From an uncultured Syntrophomonas sp. (GTDB lineage Bacteria > Bacillota > Syntrophomonadia > Syntrophomonadales > Syntrophomonadaceae): a stretch of DNA of 64,000 bases. Location of the stretch: contig CAZNPR010000001.1 in the NCBI GenBank assembly GCA_964574965.1, positions 5,656-69,655 of the forward strand, given 5' to 3'. Position numbers and translations under genes: made by a program. This document shows, in pieces, positions 48,451 through 59,769 of this stretch. How positions within the stretch are numbered: position 1 is the stretch's first letter; each line of letters starts with the position of its first letter. The notes under the pieces are model-generated. The model had not been told where the DNA came from. It did not search any database and saw only the letters and a program-made list of their open reading frames with translations.

Positions 48451-49188
48451 TTATCTTGGTATGACTGCGATGGGAGGCATGTGCCGCTTATGCTCAGAAG
48501 CTTTCATCATTTTTTGGATCCTGTTGATTACTTCCTGTTCCCCTTCGCCAGTTTCCAGATACCTATCCAACTGCGTATAACTAAAGCCCATTTCATTTTC
48601 ATCGGTTTGATCAGCCCACAACCCGGCCGAAGGTGGTTTTTCAATAATATACTCCGGTATCTCAAGGTATTTTGCTAACTCATATACTTCCTTTTTAAGC
48701 AAATCACCTAATAATTGCAGATCAACAGCACTGTCCCCATATTTGGTTGAATATCCAATGTTGATTTCACTTTTATTACTGGTTCCTACTACTAAATAAT
48801 TTCTGGACTGGGCTGAATAATATAAAGTGATCATCCGCAGACGCGGTTTTATATTAGCTCTGATCAGTTTTCCCTTATCCCCATCAGTCTTGATAAAAGA
48901 TTCAAATTGCGGCAACAGCAAGTTATATGCATTTTCGATTTCAACCATGCGGGAAGGAATATCAAATTGGGCAACCAGTGCCTGACTGTGAAGCAAATCT
49001 GTGACCGGACTATGACAAGGCATCATTAGTGCCAGGCAGTTATCCGGGAATGCTCGCTTGGCAATTACTGCTGCTACGGCTGAATCTACGCCCCCGCTGA
49101 GACCAAATACTACCCCTTTAGCCCCGGCAGCAGCGACCCTTTCCTGCAGCCATTCTACCAAATGCTGCACGGTTGCTTCACAGTTCAT
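48451..49188 (-). CDS. nadE: Ammonia-dependent NAD+ synthetase
   Basis: GLSGGVDSAV PP-loop, about 245 aa. ATG at 49186-49188 after a GGGGGG run. The track extends to 49311. Confidence 0.9.
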   Translation of the reverse strand: MNCEATVQHLVEWLQERVAAAGAKGVVFGLSGGVDSAVAAVIAKRAFPDNCLALMMPCHSPVTDLLHSQALVAQFDIPSRMVEIENAYNLLLPQFESFIKTDGDKGKLIRANIKPRLRMITLYYSAQSRNYLVVGTSNKSEINIGYSTKYGDSAVDLQLLGDLLKKEVYELAKYLEIPEYIIEKPPSAGLWADQTDENEMGFSYTQLDRYLETGEGEQEVINRIQKMMKASEHKRHMPPIAVIPR

Positions 49189-49218
49189 ACCTAACCCCCC
49201 CAATTCTAAGTCAATTAA

Positions 49219-49247
49219 ATAGTATCTGATTTTCACGTTTCTATCAA
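49219..49247 (-). promoter_or_regulatory. Sigma-A promoter for nadE
   Basis: Minus strand TTGATA, 17 nt, TACTAT. Confidence 0.55.
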
Positions 49248-49343
49248 TCTTGACCTGGGTAATTTCCAAAAATATTTCCTCTTGTGAATTATTCAACATA
49301 ATACAGAACAATCCTGCCTCGGTAAATAAATCAGTTCACAGCT

Positions 49344-50099
49344 TTAGAGCGGGATTACTTCAATATTGCCCCAGGCCATCATCCTATCATCCTTAATCGC
49401 CAGAATGCTCAAGTTTTTATCTAATTCTTTAATATATTCAACTGCTCTTTCCAAAGCCAATTTATGTTTGACCAAATTTCCAGCCTGTGTTGCTGCAGCA
49501 TCAGCCATAATAGCTGTATCTCCTATTATTACCACTGCGTCAGCAACGCCGAAACTCAGGCTGTGACCGACGGTCCCTGAAGAGGTGCATATACCTGCCG
49601 GAGTAGTTTCTGGTTGAATTTTGATCCCTATTTTATAACTGAAGGGCGAATCACCTGCATACACAGCAATATGGCGTTCCCGGGCCGACAATAGGTAAAT
49701 ATCCCCACCGTTTTCAACAATAACTTCTGCAGAATACCGCTTCAGGATCTGCCCGATATGATCAGCAACTGCCCCGGCAACTGCTGCCATGGGCCCGACC
49801 CCGGCCACTGCCGCTGCTTCTGCCATCTTAAATGCAATTTCCGGTGTATCCGGATAGGTTACGATGGGTACCAATGATGTCTGAAACTGTGGATGAACAA
49901 GAATATATTCTTCCAACTGTCTGCGGATATGAATGACTTCCTTGTAACATAATGAAACAAGGCTATCGGAATAGACTTTATTCTCTATCCCGATAGCCAG
50001 GTCAGTTTCTTTCACTTTGACATTGAAATATTTCAGGTCTTGACCCAGCTGCATCAAACGATAATCCCTGTCGCCAAATCCTGTTTTTCCCTTTCCCAT
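49344..50099 (-). CDS. UPF0280 (ApbE-like, COG2122) family protein
   Basis: 251 aa, ...DRDYRLMQ...FNVKVKETDLAIG... pattern recalled for UPF0280. Follows the NIL-ferredoxin gene. Confidence 0.7.
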   Translation of the reverse strand: MGKGKTGFGDRDYRLMQLGQDLKYFNVKVKETDLAIGIENKVYSDSLVSLCYKEVIHIRRQLEEYILVHPQFQTSLVPIVTYPDTPEIAFKMAEAAAVAGVGPMAAVAGAVADHIGQILKRYSAEVIVENGGDIYLLSARERHIAVYAGDSPFSYKIGIKIQPETTPAGICTSSGTVGHSLSFGVADAVVIIGDTAIMADAAATQAGNLVKHKLALERAVEYIKELDKNLSILAIKDDRMMAWGNIEVIPL

Positions 50100-50108
50100 A
50101 GAAATACC

Positions 50109-50531
50109 TCAGACTGCCTCCCTGACGTCAAAATGGAGAATGATGGCGCGGGTCGGGCAGCATTCCAGACACATGGCGCATAAAACGCATTTTGTATCAT
50201 CAAAGGAAATAATCATGGTTTCCCGATCAATAGCCAATGCTTCAGTAGGGCAAAAGGAAGCACAAGCACCACATTGGATGCATAAGTCATCGTGCCATAC
50301 TACTTTTTCACTCAGTGGTTCAACAATTACGCCCAGGCTTTTTAAGAACATTAGCCCTTCGTTATATTTCTCTTTGTTTCCTTCCAGCTCCATGACCAAA
50401 TATCCTTGTTTCAAAGGATTTATATCCGCTTTTAATATATTGACGATCAAATCATAATTTTTAACCAGACGATAAACAATCGGCTGTTCTGATTGGGCAG
50501 CAGAGAAATAACATACGATTTTATTTTTCAT
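50109..50531 (-). CDS. NIL-domain protein fused to a 2x[4Fe-4S] ferredoxin
   Basis: N-terminal NIL-like about 75 aa, then CIQCGACASFCP and CVLCAMCLECCP cluster motifs. Confidence 0.85.
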   Translation of the reverse strand: MKNKIVCYFSAAQSEQPIVYRLVKNYDLIVNILKADINPLKQGYLVMELEGNKEKYNEGLMFLKSLGVIVEPLSEKVVWHDDLCIQCGACASFCPTEALAIDRETMIISFDDTKCVLCAMCLECCPTRAIILHFDVREAV

Positions 50532-51769
50532 TACGAGTCCCTCCTGTTACCATTTAAATGAATTCCCCCGGGACTTCTTTCGGGAATCGATTTAAACTCT
50601 ATGTCTGCATCTGCTCCCGGCAACGGCGCGACTGGACAAGTAAGTTCAAATTTCCCCTGCTTGATCCAGTCTTTTAAAGTGGCAGCAATGATCCTGGCCC
50701 GTGGATAACTTGATTGCGGAGTCGTAACCACTTCCTTGCCTTCTATGATCACTTTGCCTTTCTTCAGGTCAGCTACACAAGCAAATCCCAGATCAATGGG
50801 TTTGGAATACGGATATCCTTCCTTATAATCCACCACCGGGCAATAAATATCTTCATCTTTGACCGCAGTGTACATCAGTATCTCTTCATCTAAAATGGGA
50901 ATGGGAATACCGATACCAACTGCCATTGTTGCTCCATATCCTATATAACTCAATCCCACTACCCAGTTGGCATCCATTTGCTTTAAGTCACCGATCACCG
51001 CCAGGGTCCCGGCTGATACTTTGGGCACGCCATTCTCGCCCCGCAAAATATTAGGGTGATGCTGAGTACCGTTCCAGGCAACATAACCGATCCCCCCACC
51101 CAGAAAGATCCGTGTGCCGATGCCGATGGTCTTATAATAAGGATCATTTAACAAAGGACTTAGTTGGCCGGCGGTTGAGTAACTGGCATTCCCCAGCTTG
51201 GGTTTTAAAATGCCCATATAGGTATAGATGGTTTTATCGCCCAGGTTTACTGCGCAGTTATAATTTTGATAAGCATTGCGCGGATTAAACATAAAAGCAT
51301 CATTTACATCATTTAAGGTTATTAGCGTATCTACTCGCTTATTGGGATAACAATCAGTTCCATAACCTTCTGCTTCCAGGCGGATCTCTTTTCCAGCTAG
51401 CAGATCATGGATGACATGGCCTCCGCCATATGAAAAGCGGCCAGGGAATACTTTATTTTCCGGGTCGGTCTCCGGCAGCTGCCCGGCGCCTATATATGCA
51501 TCGACCGCGGCAATGCCAGTATATGCTTCTACACCATTGAGCCACACTTTTTTCATTTTGATGCGGGGTCTGGCATGACCGAAATTTATAAAAGCTCCGG
51601 AAGAACACATCGGTCCGAAAGTTCCAGTTGTTACCACATCGATTTCCCGGGCTGCCGCTTTGATCCCTTTTTCCTCAACCACCTTGATGACTTCTTCTGC
51701 AGTAACTACTACGGCTTCACCACGCTTGATCTTTTCATTAATTTCTTCATATGTTTTCTGCTGAGCCAT
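50531..51769 (-). CDS. Homocysteine biosynthesis protein (DUF39 / COG1900)
   Basis: 412 aa. KTYEEINEKIKRGEAVVVTAEE N-terminus and overall DUF39 pattern. 1-nt overlaps with metH and the NIL-ferredoxin gene. Confidence 0.8.
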   Translation of the reverse strand: MAQQKTYEEINEKIKRGEAVVVTAEEVIKVVEEKGIKAAAREIDVVTTGTFGPMCSSGAFINFGHARPRIKMKKVWLNGVEAYTGIAAVDAYIGAGQLPETDPENKVFPGRFSYGGGHVIHDLLAGKEIRLEAEGYGTDCYPNKRVDTLITLNDVNDAFMFNPRNAYQNYNCAVNLGDKTIYTYMGILKPKLGNASYSTAGQLSPLLNDPYYKTIGIGTRIFLGGGIGYVAWNGTQHHPNILRGENGVPKVSAGTLAVIGDLKQMDANWVVGLSYIGYGATMAVGIGIPIPILDEEILMYTAVKDEDIYCPVVDYKEGYPYSKPIDLGFACVADLKKGKVIIEGKEVVTTPQSSYPRARIIAATLKDWIKQGKFELTCPVAPLPGADADIEFKSIPERSPGGIHLNGNRRDS

Positions 51770-54273
51770 TAATTCTCCTCCTGACGTAAAAGTTTCCTAG
51801 CCGTTTTAACGGCGGCCCTGGCATCTTTAGAATATCCATCTGCACCAAGGTTTTGGGCATATTCCTCAGTCAAAACTGCTCCCCCGACCATCACCCTGCA
51901 TTGTAGTCCTCGTTCTTTTACTTGCAGAATGACGTCCTTCATTTTCGGCATAGTCGTGGTCATCAAGGCACTTAATCCGATAATATCTGCCTGCTCTTTT
52001 TCGGCAGCATCAACTATATCAGCTGCTTTTATGTCTTTACCCAGATCAATGACCTTATACCCATAATTCTCCAACATAACTGCAACAATGTTTTTACCTA
52101 TATCATGAATGTCCCCTTCAACAGTAGCCAGCACGATCACTCCCATGTTCTGTTCGGCTTCTGCAGAAAGGTACGGTTTAACGATGGCAAAAGCTTCTTT
52201 CATGGTTTCTGCTGCCCGCAGCAACTGGGGCAGGAAATATTGCTTGCGGTCATATAATTCCCCAGCCATTTCGATTCCAGGTATCAAACCATGATTTACA
52301 ATATCCAGCGGTCCTATCTTGTCATCATAAAGCGCATGGTTCATCAATTCGGCAATGATTTCCTTATTGCCCTCCAGAACAGCTTTTTTCAATTTGTTTT
52401 CCATCCCGCCCTCGCCTTGAGCAGGTGGTTCCTCCGATTTGATTTCAGCTAATAGACTTTGCTGACCCATCAACTCCGGGATATTGCATCGTTGACATAT
52501 GTCATGCCGCGCTGCTAACGGCCGGTTCTCGTTTGCATTTACATCTTTGTATGCCTTGATAAAGGCAGCGCTATCCCTGTCGCGGTTTAGTAAAACCGCT
52601 GCTGCTCGGGTGGCATCCATCATTCTTTGATCAAAGGGGTTGATGATCGGCAAATCCAGCCCTGCCGCCCAGGCCATAGCCAGATAGGCGGAGTTGATAA
52701 TATCCCGTCCGGGAAGGCCATGTGATACATTGCTTACTCCCAATACCGTTCCAATATTGAGTTCTGATTTTATGATCTGTAAGGCTTTGATCGCTTCCAT
52801 CACTTGATCTTGCTCAGCGCTGGCGGTTTTGACCAGTGTATCGATAAAGATATCTTCCTTACGCAATCCATATTCAATGGCCCGTTGATATATTTTTCTA
52901 GCGATGGCGACCCGGTCTTCCGCCTTGTCAGGAATACCCTTTTCATCAAGGCAGAGTCCCAATACTGCAGCTCCATATTTTTTGGCTAAAGGAATAACTT
53001 CCTGCATTTTTTTCTCTTCACCGGTGGTGGAATTGATCAGGGCCCGCCCCACAAAGCTTTTCAAGCCTCTTTCGATGGCATTGATGTCTGCAGAGTCAAT
53101 GACCAGAGGGATATCAACTGCCGCCTGAATATTTTGGACCGCTTGTTCCATCGCTAATGATTCATCTATACCTGGGACTCCCATGTTTACATCAAGAATG
53201 GGAGCTCCCATTTCTGCCTGTTTACGTGCTTCTTCAGTGACCACCTGCATTTTCCCTGCCTTAATGTCCTCGGCCAGTTTTTTACGAGCAGTTGGGTTGA
53301 TCCTTTCCCCAATAAATGCCAGGGGATGATCTTCTCCCAAAAGTACATGGCGCGTTCGGGAAGCTAAGGCAGTAATCTTTTTATTTCTTCTTGGTACCGG
53401 CCCCAGCGCTTTTAATACCCGGGCAATGGCCAGAATGTGCGAAGGTGTAGTCCCGCAGCATCCGCCAATAATGTTGGCTCCGGCGTCCCGCAGCCTGATA
53501 GCATACTCAGCCATTTCCTCCGGACTGTCCGGAAATATCGTTTGATCATCTATCAAGGCTGGTAATCCGGCATTGGGTTCAACCGACAAAAAGGAATTGG
53601 AATTACTGCCCATTATCTCGATCACCGGAAGTAATTCTCTCGCCCCGCCGGAACAATTAGCACCTATGGCCAAAGGTTGAAAAGCTTCCATAATAAGCAG
53701 GGCAGTAAGAGGATCCGTCCCCATCATGGTACGCCCCCCAGCTTCAAAGGTCATATGGGCAATGACCGGCAACCTGGTATTATGACAGGCAGCAATAAGG
53801 GCAATTCTCATTTCGCCGATATCGGTCATAGTTTCAATGGATAAAAGGTCTGCTCCCGCTTTTTCACAAGCAACTGCCTGTTCTTTAAAGGCTTCATACA
53901 TCAAATCAAAATCAGCCTCGCCAATAGGATGCAACAATTTACCGGTTGGCCCTATGGAAGCAGCCACCAGGGCCTTGTTCCTGGCAGTCCTTTTGGCTGT
54001 CTGTACGGCTTCCCGATTGATCTCTTCAACCATATTTTCCAGTCCGTACTCTGCCAGTTTCAAACCATTCGCACCAAAGGTATTGGTCTGTATAATATCA
54101 GATCCTGCCTGAATATACTGATAATGAATATTTTCCAGGACGGAAGGATTATTCAAGCCATAAAGCTCGGGGCACTCACCTGTCTGCATACCGGCGTTCT
54201 GCAGCATCGTCCCCATGGCTCCGTCCAATATAAAAATTCTTTCTTTTAACTGCGAGCCTATATCCAATGTCAT
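51769..54273 (-). CDS. metH: Cobalamin-dependent methionine synthase lacking the AdoMet reactivation domain
   Basis: Hcy S-methyltransferase module (GGCCGTTP), pterin-binding module, B12 cap and B12-binding module (DIHDIGKN, SALMTTT, GGA). The protein ends about 20 aa after the B12 domain. Confidence 0.9.
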   Translation of the reverse strand: MTLDIGSQLKERIFILDGAMGTMLQNAGMQTGECPELYGLNNPSVLENIHYQYIQAGSDIIQTNTFGANGLKLAEYGLENMVEEINREAVQTAKRTARNKALVAASIGPTGKLLHPIGEADFDLMYEAFKEQAVACEKAGADLLSIETMTDIGEMRIALIAACHNTRLPVIAHMTFEAGGRTMMGTDPLTALLIMEAFQPLAIGANCSGGARELLPVIEIMGSNSNSFLSVEPNAGLPALIDDQTIFPDSPEEMAEYAIRLRDAGANIIGGCCGTTPSHILAIARVLKALGPVPRRNKKITALASRTRHVLLGEDHPLAFIGERINPTARKKLAEDIKAGKMQVVTEEARKQAEMGAPILDVNMGVPGIDESLAMEQAVQNIQAAVDIPLVIDSADINAIERGLKSFVGRALINSTTGEEKKMQEVIPLAKKYGAAVLGLCLDEKGIPDKAEDRVAIARKIYQRAIEYGLRKEDIFIDTLVKTASAEQDQVMEAIKALQIIKSELNIGTVLGVSNVSHGLPGRDIINSAYLAMAWAAGLDLPIINPFDQRMMDATRAAAVLLNRDRDSAAFIKAYKDVNANENRPLAARHDICQRCNIPELMGQQSLLAEIKSEEPPAQGEGGMENKLKKAVLEGNKEIIAELMNHALYDDKIGPLDIVNHGLIPGIEMAGELYDRKQYFLPQLLRAAETMKEAFAIVKPYLSAEAEQNMGVIVLATVEGDIHDIGKNIVAVMLENYGYKVIDLGKDIKAADIVDAAEKEQADIIGLSALMTTTMPKMKDVILQVKERGLQCRVMVGGAVLTEEYAQNLGADGYSKDARAAVKTARKLLRQEEN

Positions 54274-54302
54274 GAAAAATCCTCTCCCCTTATCTATTTG
54301 CT

Positions 54303-54445
54303 AAAAAATAAAAAAACTCCCTATAAGAGAGTAAAGTTTCCTCTCTTATCTTTCAGGATTTGAACCTGCAGGATTTGGCACCATACTCGTAAGTTGGTTG
54401 CCGGGTTTCATCGGGCCCGTCCCTCCGCCTCTCTGGATAAGAGTA
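54303..54445 (-). promoter_or_regulatory. SAM-I (S-box) riboswitch with terminator expression platform
   Basis: Minus strand CTCTTATCCAGAGAGGCGGAGGGACGGGCCCGATGAAACCCGGCAACC...GGTGCCAAATCCTGCAGG...GAAAGATAAGAG. This is followed by the ACTCTC-TTATA-GGGAGT hairpin and TTTTTTTATTTTTT. The 3' arm of P1 can alternatively pair with ACTCTCTT. Confidence 0.95.
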
Positions 54446-54473
54446 TTTATTTTTTATGCGTTAACTCGGATGA

Positions 54474-54875
54474 TTAATCTGCTGTCTTGGGTTTAGCTTC
54501 CGCTTCCGTTATCTCTTGAGCGTCCTTCTCTTTTGGTAATAGAATTTGATTGGTATCTGCTACTTCACTATGGTTACCTTCAACTGTCTGGTCAGTTACT
54601 GCATCTTCCTGCTTAGTAATAACTTGAACTGGTTCTTTAGTTTTCTTGGTTGTGTTAATTAAAGGTTCTTTATTGGTATTGGTATTTACTTCAATATTAA
54701 TGGCGTCCTGAAATTCTTTTTGTACACCCGAGGTATATTTTTTGATCTCGCCCATTGTTTTCCCTATCGTTTTGGCTACTTCAGGAAGTTTTCCCGGGCC
54801 AAATACCATTAAGGCTACAAACAATATTAAAATTACTTCCCATGTGCCAAAATTACCAATCAATGCAAATAACAT
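54474..54875 (-). CDS. tatA: Twin-arginine translocase TatA/TatE family protein with long C-terminal tail
   Basis: N-terminal TM followed by FGPGKLPEVAKTIGKTMGEIKK, then an extended polar tail. Confidence 0.82.
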   Translation of the reverse strand: MLFALIGNFGTWEVILILFVALMVFGPGKLPEVAKTIGKTMGEIKKYTSGVQKEFQDAINIEVNTNTNKEPLINTTKKTKEPVQVITKQEDAVTDQTVEGNHSEVADTNQILLPKEKDAQEITEAEAKPKTAD

Positions 54876-54964
54876 GGGTCTCCTCCTGCCAGCAAACCTT
54901 CAAACCGTTTCTAATATCACATTTTACTTGTATTTTCTTCTATTAGCAACCCATATTTCCGGGA

Positions 54965-54998
54965 TAAAAAATAGGCTGGTTTAAGCAACCAGCCTATT
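54965..54998 (-). terminator. Rho-independent terminator after the holin-family gene
   Basis: Minus strand AATAGGCTGGTT-GCTTA-AACCAGCCTATT followed by TTTTTAT. Confidence 0.88.
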
Positions 54999-55017
54999 CA
55001 TAATAAAACTCACTCGG

Positions 55018-55347
55018 TTATCTCAATTCAGTAGGCACAAATGCATCGATCAAACCAATAATAAATGCTGCAATCAATGCTCCTATCAAGCTTACAGAAA
55101 AATAACTGGGGATAATAAACTGGGCAACATATATTACCACAGCTGCAGTGATAAAACCGACTATTCCCCTGGACCTTGGTGATATCTTATCGCCCAGTAT
55201 AACTTCTACTATATATCCCAGTACAGCAATAACAACAGCTGTTATCAATGCCCCCCAAAAGCCGGATACACTGACACCGGGGATCAAATAAGCGATTACC
55301 AGCAAAACCAGCGCGGAAACTATAAATCTCACTATCATTCCAAGCAT
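55018..55347 (-). CDS. Phage holin family 4_2 / YvlD-like small membrane protein
   Basis: 109 aa, four hydrophobic segments, MLGMIVRFIVSALVLLVIAYLIPGVSV N-terminus. Confidence 0.75.
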   Translation of the reverse strand: MLGMIVRFIVSALVLLVIAYLIPGVSVSGFWGALITAVVIAVLGYIVEVILGDKISPRSRGIVGFITAAVVIYVAQFIIPSYFSVSLIGALIAAFIIGLIDAFVPTELR

Positions 55348-55593
55348 TTGCAGACCTCCCTTCGTAATAAATAAAATGGAACCTTTTTTTATTTCGTATA
55401 TTTATACTGCCAACTTTGGCAACAAAATATGTAATAAAATTGTTTTTACCTCAACGTTTTTTTTATATTTATTTCTAATATTAGGCATTTTCGCTATAAT
55501 TACCGCCATTTATCCCTTAGCTGATCACGCAAGCAGGAATTTCCCATTTCATAAGCGAAGAGTAAAAGGCAAACATATATTCGGAGGAATGCT

Positions 55594-57123
55594 ATGTTAT
55601 CCGTCCTGAATACGCTTTTCATTAATGGAATAGAAGCGCAAGCCGTAAAGGTAGAAGTTGATATCCAAAACGGATTACCTGATTTTCAAATTGTTGGATT
55701 AGCTTCAATGGCCATAAAAGAAGCCCGGGAAAGAGTCCGCTCCGCTATAAAAAATTGTGATTATCAATTTCCCAATCAAAAAATTATCGTTAATCTGGCC
55801 CCGGCTGATTTAAAAAAAGAAGGCACCCATTTTGATCTGGCCATCGCCCTAGGGATCCTTATCGCTTCTGAACAGGTCAAAGCCACCGGAGACCAGTTAT
55901 TTTATCTGGCTGGTGAATTATCCCTCGATGGCAGTGTTCGTGGAGTTCCGGGTATCTTACCCATGGCTCTGGAACTCATTAATTTATCTTATCCTGTGCA
56001 ATTTATCATTCCTGCGGTAAATGCCCCGGAAGCAGCATTGGTCAGCGAACTATCTGGCTTGCCGGTAAATCACCTGACCCAGGTCATTCACTGGGTGGAA
56101 GGGGAACTTTCTATAGAAAAGGCAGTTGCCGATGCTCCGTTAAATCGGATAAATAAGTACCCGGGAGATTTTGCCGAGGTCAAAGGGCAGGAAACAGCCA
56201 AACGGGCTATGCAAATAGCAGCAGCGGGAATGCATAATCTCCTGCTGATCGGTCCCCCGGGAGGCGGCAAGACAATGCTGGCCCGCCGGGCCGTTTCCAT
56301 CTTTCCTGATATGAACCGTCAGGAGGTTTTGGAATCCACCCGTATCTATTCAGTTGCCAATTTACTTAACAGAGATCAGCCGCTCATTAATCTTAGACCT
56401 TTTCGCGCCCCGCACAAAAACGCATCCAGCGCAAGCATTGTGGGGGGCGGGCGGATCCCAAGGCCAGGAGAAATAAGCCTGGCCCAAAATGGGATATTGT
56501 TTTTAGATGAGCTTCCTGAATTTAACCGGGATGTTCTGGAGGCTTTACGGCAGCCTTTGGAAGACAAGGTCATAACCGTGGCCCGTGCACAAGGAACCTA
56601 CACTTTTCCTGCCAATTTCATTTTGATTGCCAGCATGAATCCCTGCCCCTGCGGCAACTTTGGTTCCCAGTTGGAATGCCGCTGCACACCGATGCAAATA
56701 CAAAAATACTTAAACCGTATCAGCGGCCCGCTTTTAGACCGCATGGACCTGCATGTGGAAGTGCCTCGGGTCAACTATGAACAGTTAAAAAACCATGACC
56801 CCGGTGAAACTTCTGCGCAGATAAAAGAAAGAGTAACGAATGCCCGCACTTTACAGGAAGCAAGATTTGCCGATCGATCTTATACGGTAAATGCTTTAAT
56901 GACACCCAGCGATATTAAACGGCATTGTATGTTAAATCATGAAACCGAGCAGTTGTTAAAATCAGCTTTTCAAAAACTCAATCTCAGCGCCAGAGGATAT
57001 AATCGTATCCTGAAGGTAGCCAGAACCATCGCTGATCTGGAGAATGAACCCGCGATACAGATCCAGCATATAGCTGAAGCTCTGCAATACAGGAGCCTGG
57101 ACAAGAAATACTGGATGGCTTGA
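55594..57123 (+). CDS. YifB/ComM family Mg-chelatase-like AAA+ ATPase
   Basis: N-terminal Lon-like VEVDIQNGLPDFQIVGL, GPPGGGKTM Walker A, FLDELPEF Walker B, C-terminal ChlI-like domain. Confidence 0.92.
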   Translation: MLSVLNTLFINGIEAQAVKVEVDIQNGLPDFQIVGLASMAIKEARERVRSAIKNCDYQFPNQKIIVNLAPADLKKEGTHFDLAIALGILIASEQVKATGDQLFYLAGELSLDGSVRGVPGILPMALELINLSYPVQFIIPAVNAPEAALVSELSGLPVNHLTQVIHWVEGELSIEKAVADAPLNRINKYPGDFAEVKGQETAKRAMQIAAAGMHNLLLIGPPGGGKTMLARRAVSIFPDMNRQEVLESTRIYSVANLLNRDQPLINLRPFRAPHKNASSASIVGGGRIPRPGEISLAQNGILFLDELPEFNRDVLEALRQPLEDKVITVARAQGTYTFPANFILIASMNPCPCGNFGSQLECRCTPMQIQKYLNRISGPLLDRMDLHVEVPRVNYEQLKNHDPGETSAQIKERVTNARTLQEARFADRSYTVNALMTPSDIKRHCMLNHETEQLLKSAFQKLNLSARGYNRILKVARTIADLENEPAIQIQHIAEALQYRSLDKKYWMA

Positions 57124-58644
<1,521 letters not shown>

Positions 58645-58659
58645 GAAGGAAGTGTGAAA

Positions 58660-59769
58660 ATGAGTGATGTGGCCTGGATCGACTTTGATCTCCTGGAAAC
58701 TTTCATGGCAGATGTATTGAAAGCAGTCGGTGTACCTGCCGGGGATGCCGCTATATGCAGCGAGGTACTTATTACTGCTGACAAGCGCGGAATAGACTCT
58801 CATGGTATCGGCCGCTTAAAAACCATTTATTATGACCGTATCAAAGCGGGGATCTTAAACCCGGTGACCGATTTTAAGATCCTGCGTGAATCTCCTGCCA
58901 CAGCTGTGATAGATGGGCATCACGGCATGGGGCATGTAATCGCTAAAAAAGCCATGCAGCTTGCGATCGATAAAGCTGGAAAATGTGGTATGGGTATGAC
59001 CGCAGTACGAAATTCCTCCCACTATGGTATCGCCGGATATTATGCATTAATGGCGGTAGAGCAAGGTATGATCGGTATAACCGGCACCAATGCCCGTCCT
59101 TCTATCGCTCCTACTTTTGGCGTGGAGAATATGCTGGGAACCAATCCATTGACTTTCGGTATGCCAACTGATGAGCCATTCCCTTTTGTGCTCGACTGTG
59201 CCACTTCCATTTCCCAGCGCGGTAAAATTGAAGTATATTCCCGGGCTGATAAGGAGATCCCTGCCGGTTGGGTCATCGACCAAGCAGGAAATGCCCGCAC
59301 TGACACGCACCAGATCTTGAATGATTTAGTAACTGGTTATGCCGCCTTGGCCCCATTGGGAGGGATTGGCGAAGAGCTGGCAGGATATAAAGGCTATGGT
59401 TATGCAACCGTAGTGGAGATACTTTCTGCTGCACTACAGGGCGGAGCATTTTTGAAAGCGCTGACCGGCCGAGACGAAAACGGTACTTTGCGTCCATACG
59501 GATTGGGGCATTTTTTCATAGCGGTCAATATTGAGTGTTTTACTGAACCAGATCAATTTGCCAAAACCACCGGTGATATATTACGTGCTTTAAGAGCATC
59601 GAAAAAAGCTCCTGGTCAGAACTGCATCTATACTGCCGGAGAAAAGGAGTATCTGGCCTGGTTGGAGCGTCAGGGCAAAGGGGTGCCTGTTAATCAAGCT
59701 TTACAGGCAGAAATGCTGGCCATGCGTGATGAATTGGGATTGAGCCAGTATAAGTTTGGTTTCGAATAG
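58660..59769 (+). CDS. Ldh_2 family (malate/L-lactate/sulfolactate dehydrogenase-like) oxidoreductase
   Basis: DSHGIGRL, NSSHYGIAGYY and TNPLTFG motifs. ATG at 58660; the track GTG is at 58654. Confidence 0.82.
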   Translation: MSDVAWIDFDLLETFMADVLKAVGVPAGDAAICSEVLITADKRGIDSHGIGRLKTIYYDRIKAGILNPVTDFKILRESPATAVIDGHHGMGHVIAKKAMQLAIDKAGKCGMGMTAVRNSSHYGIAGYYALMAVEQGMIGITGTNARPSIAPTFGVENMLGTNPLTFGMPTDEPFPFVLDCATSISQRGKIEVYSRADKEIPAGWVIDQAGNARTDTHQILNDLVTGYAALAPLGGIGEELAGYKGYGYATVVEILSAALQGGAFLKALTGRDENGTLRPYGLGHFFIAVNIECFTEPDQFAKTTGDILRALRASKKAPGQNCIYTAGEKEYLAWLERQGKGVPVNQALQAEMLAMRDELGLSQYKFGFE

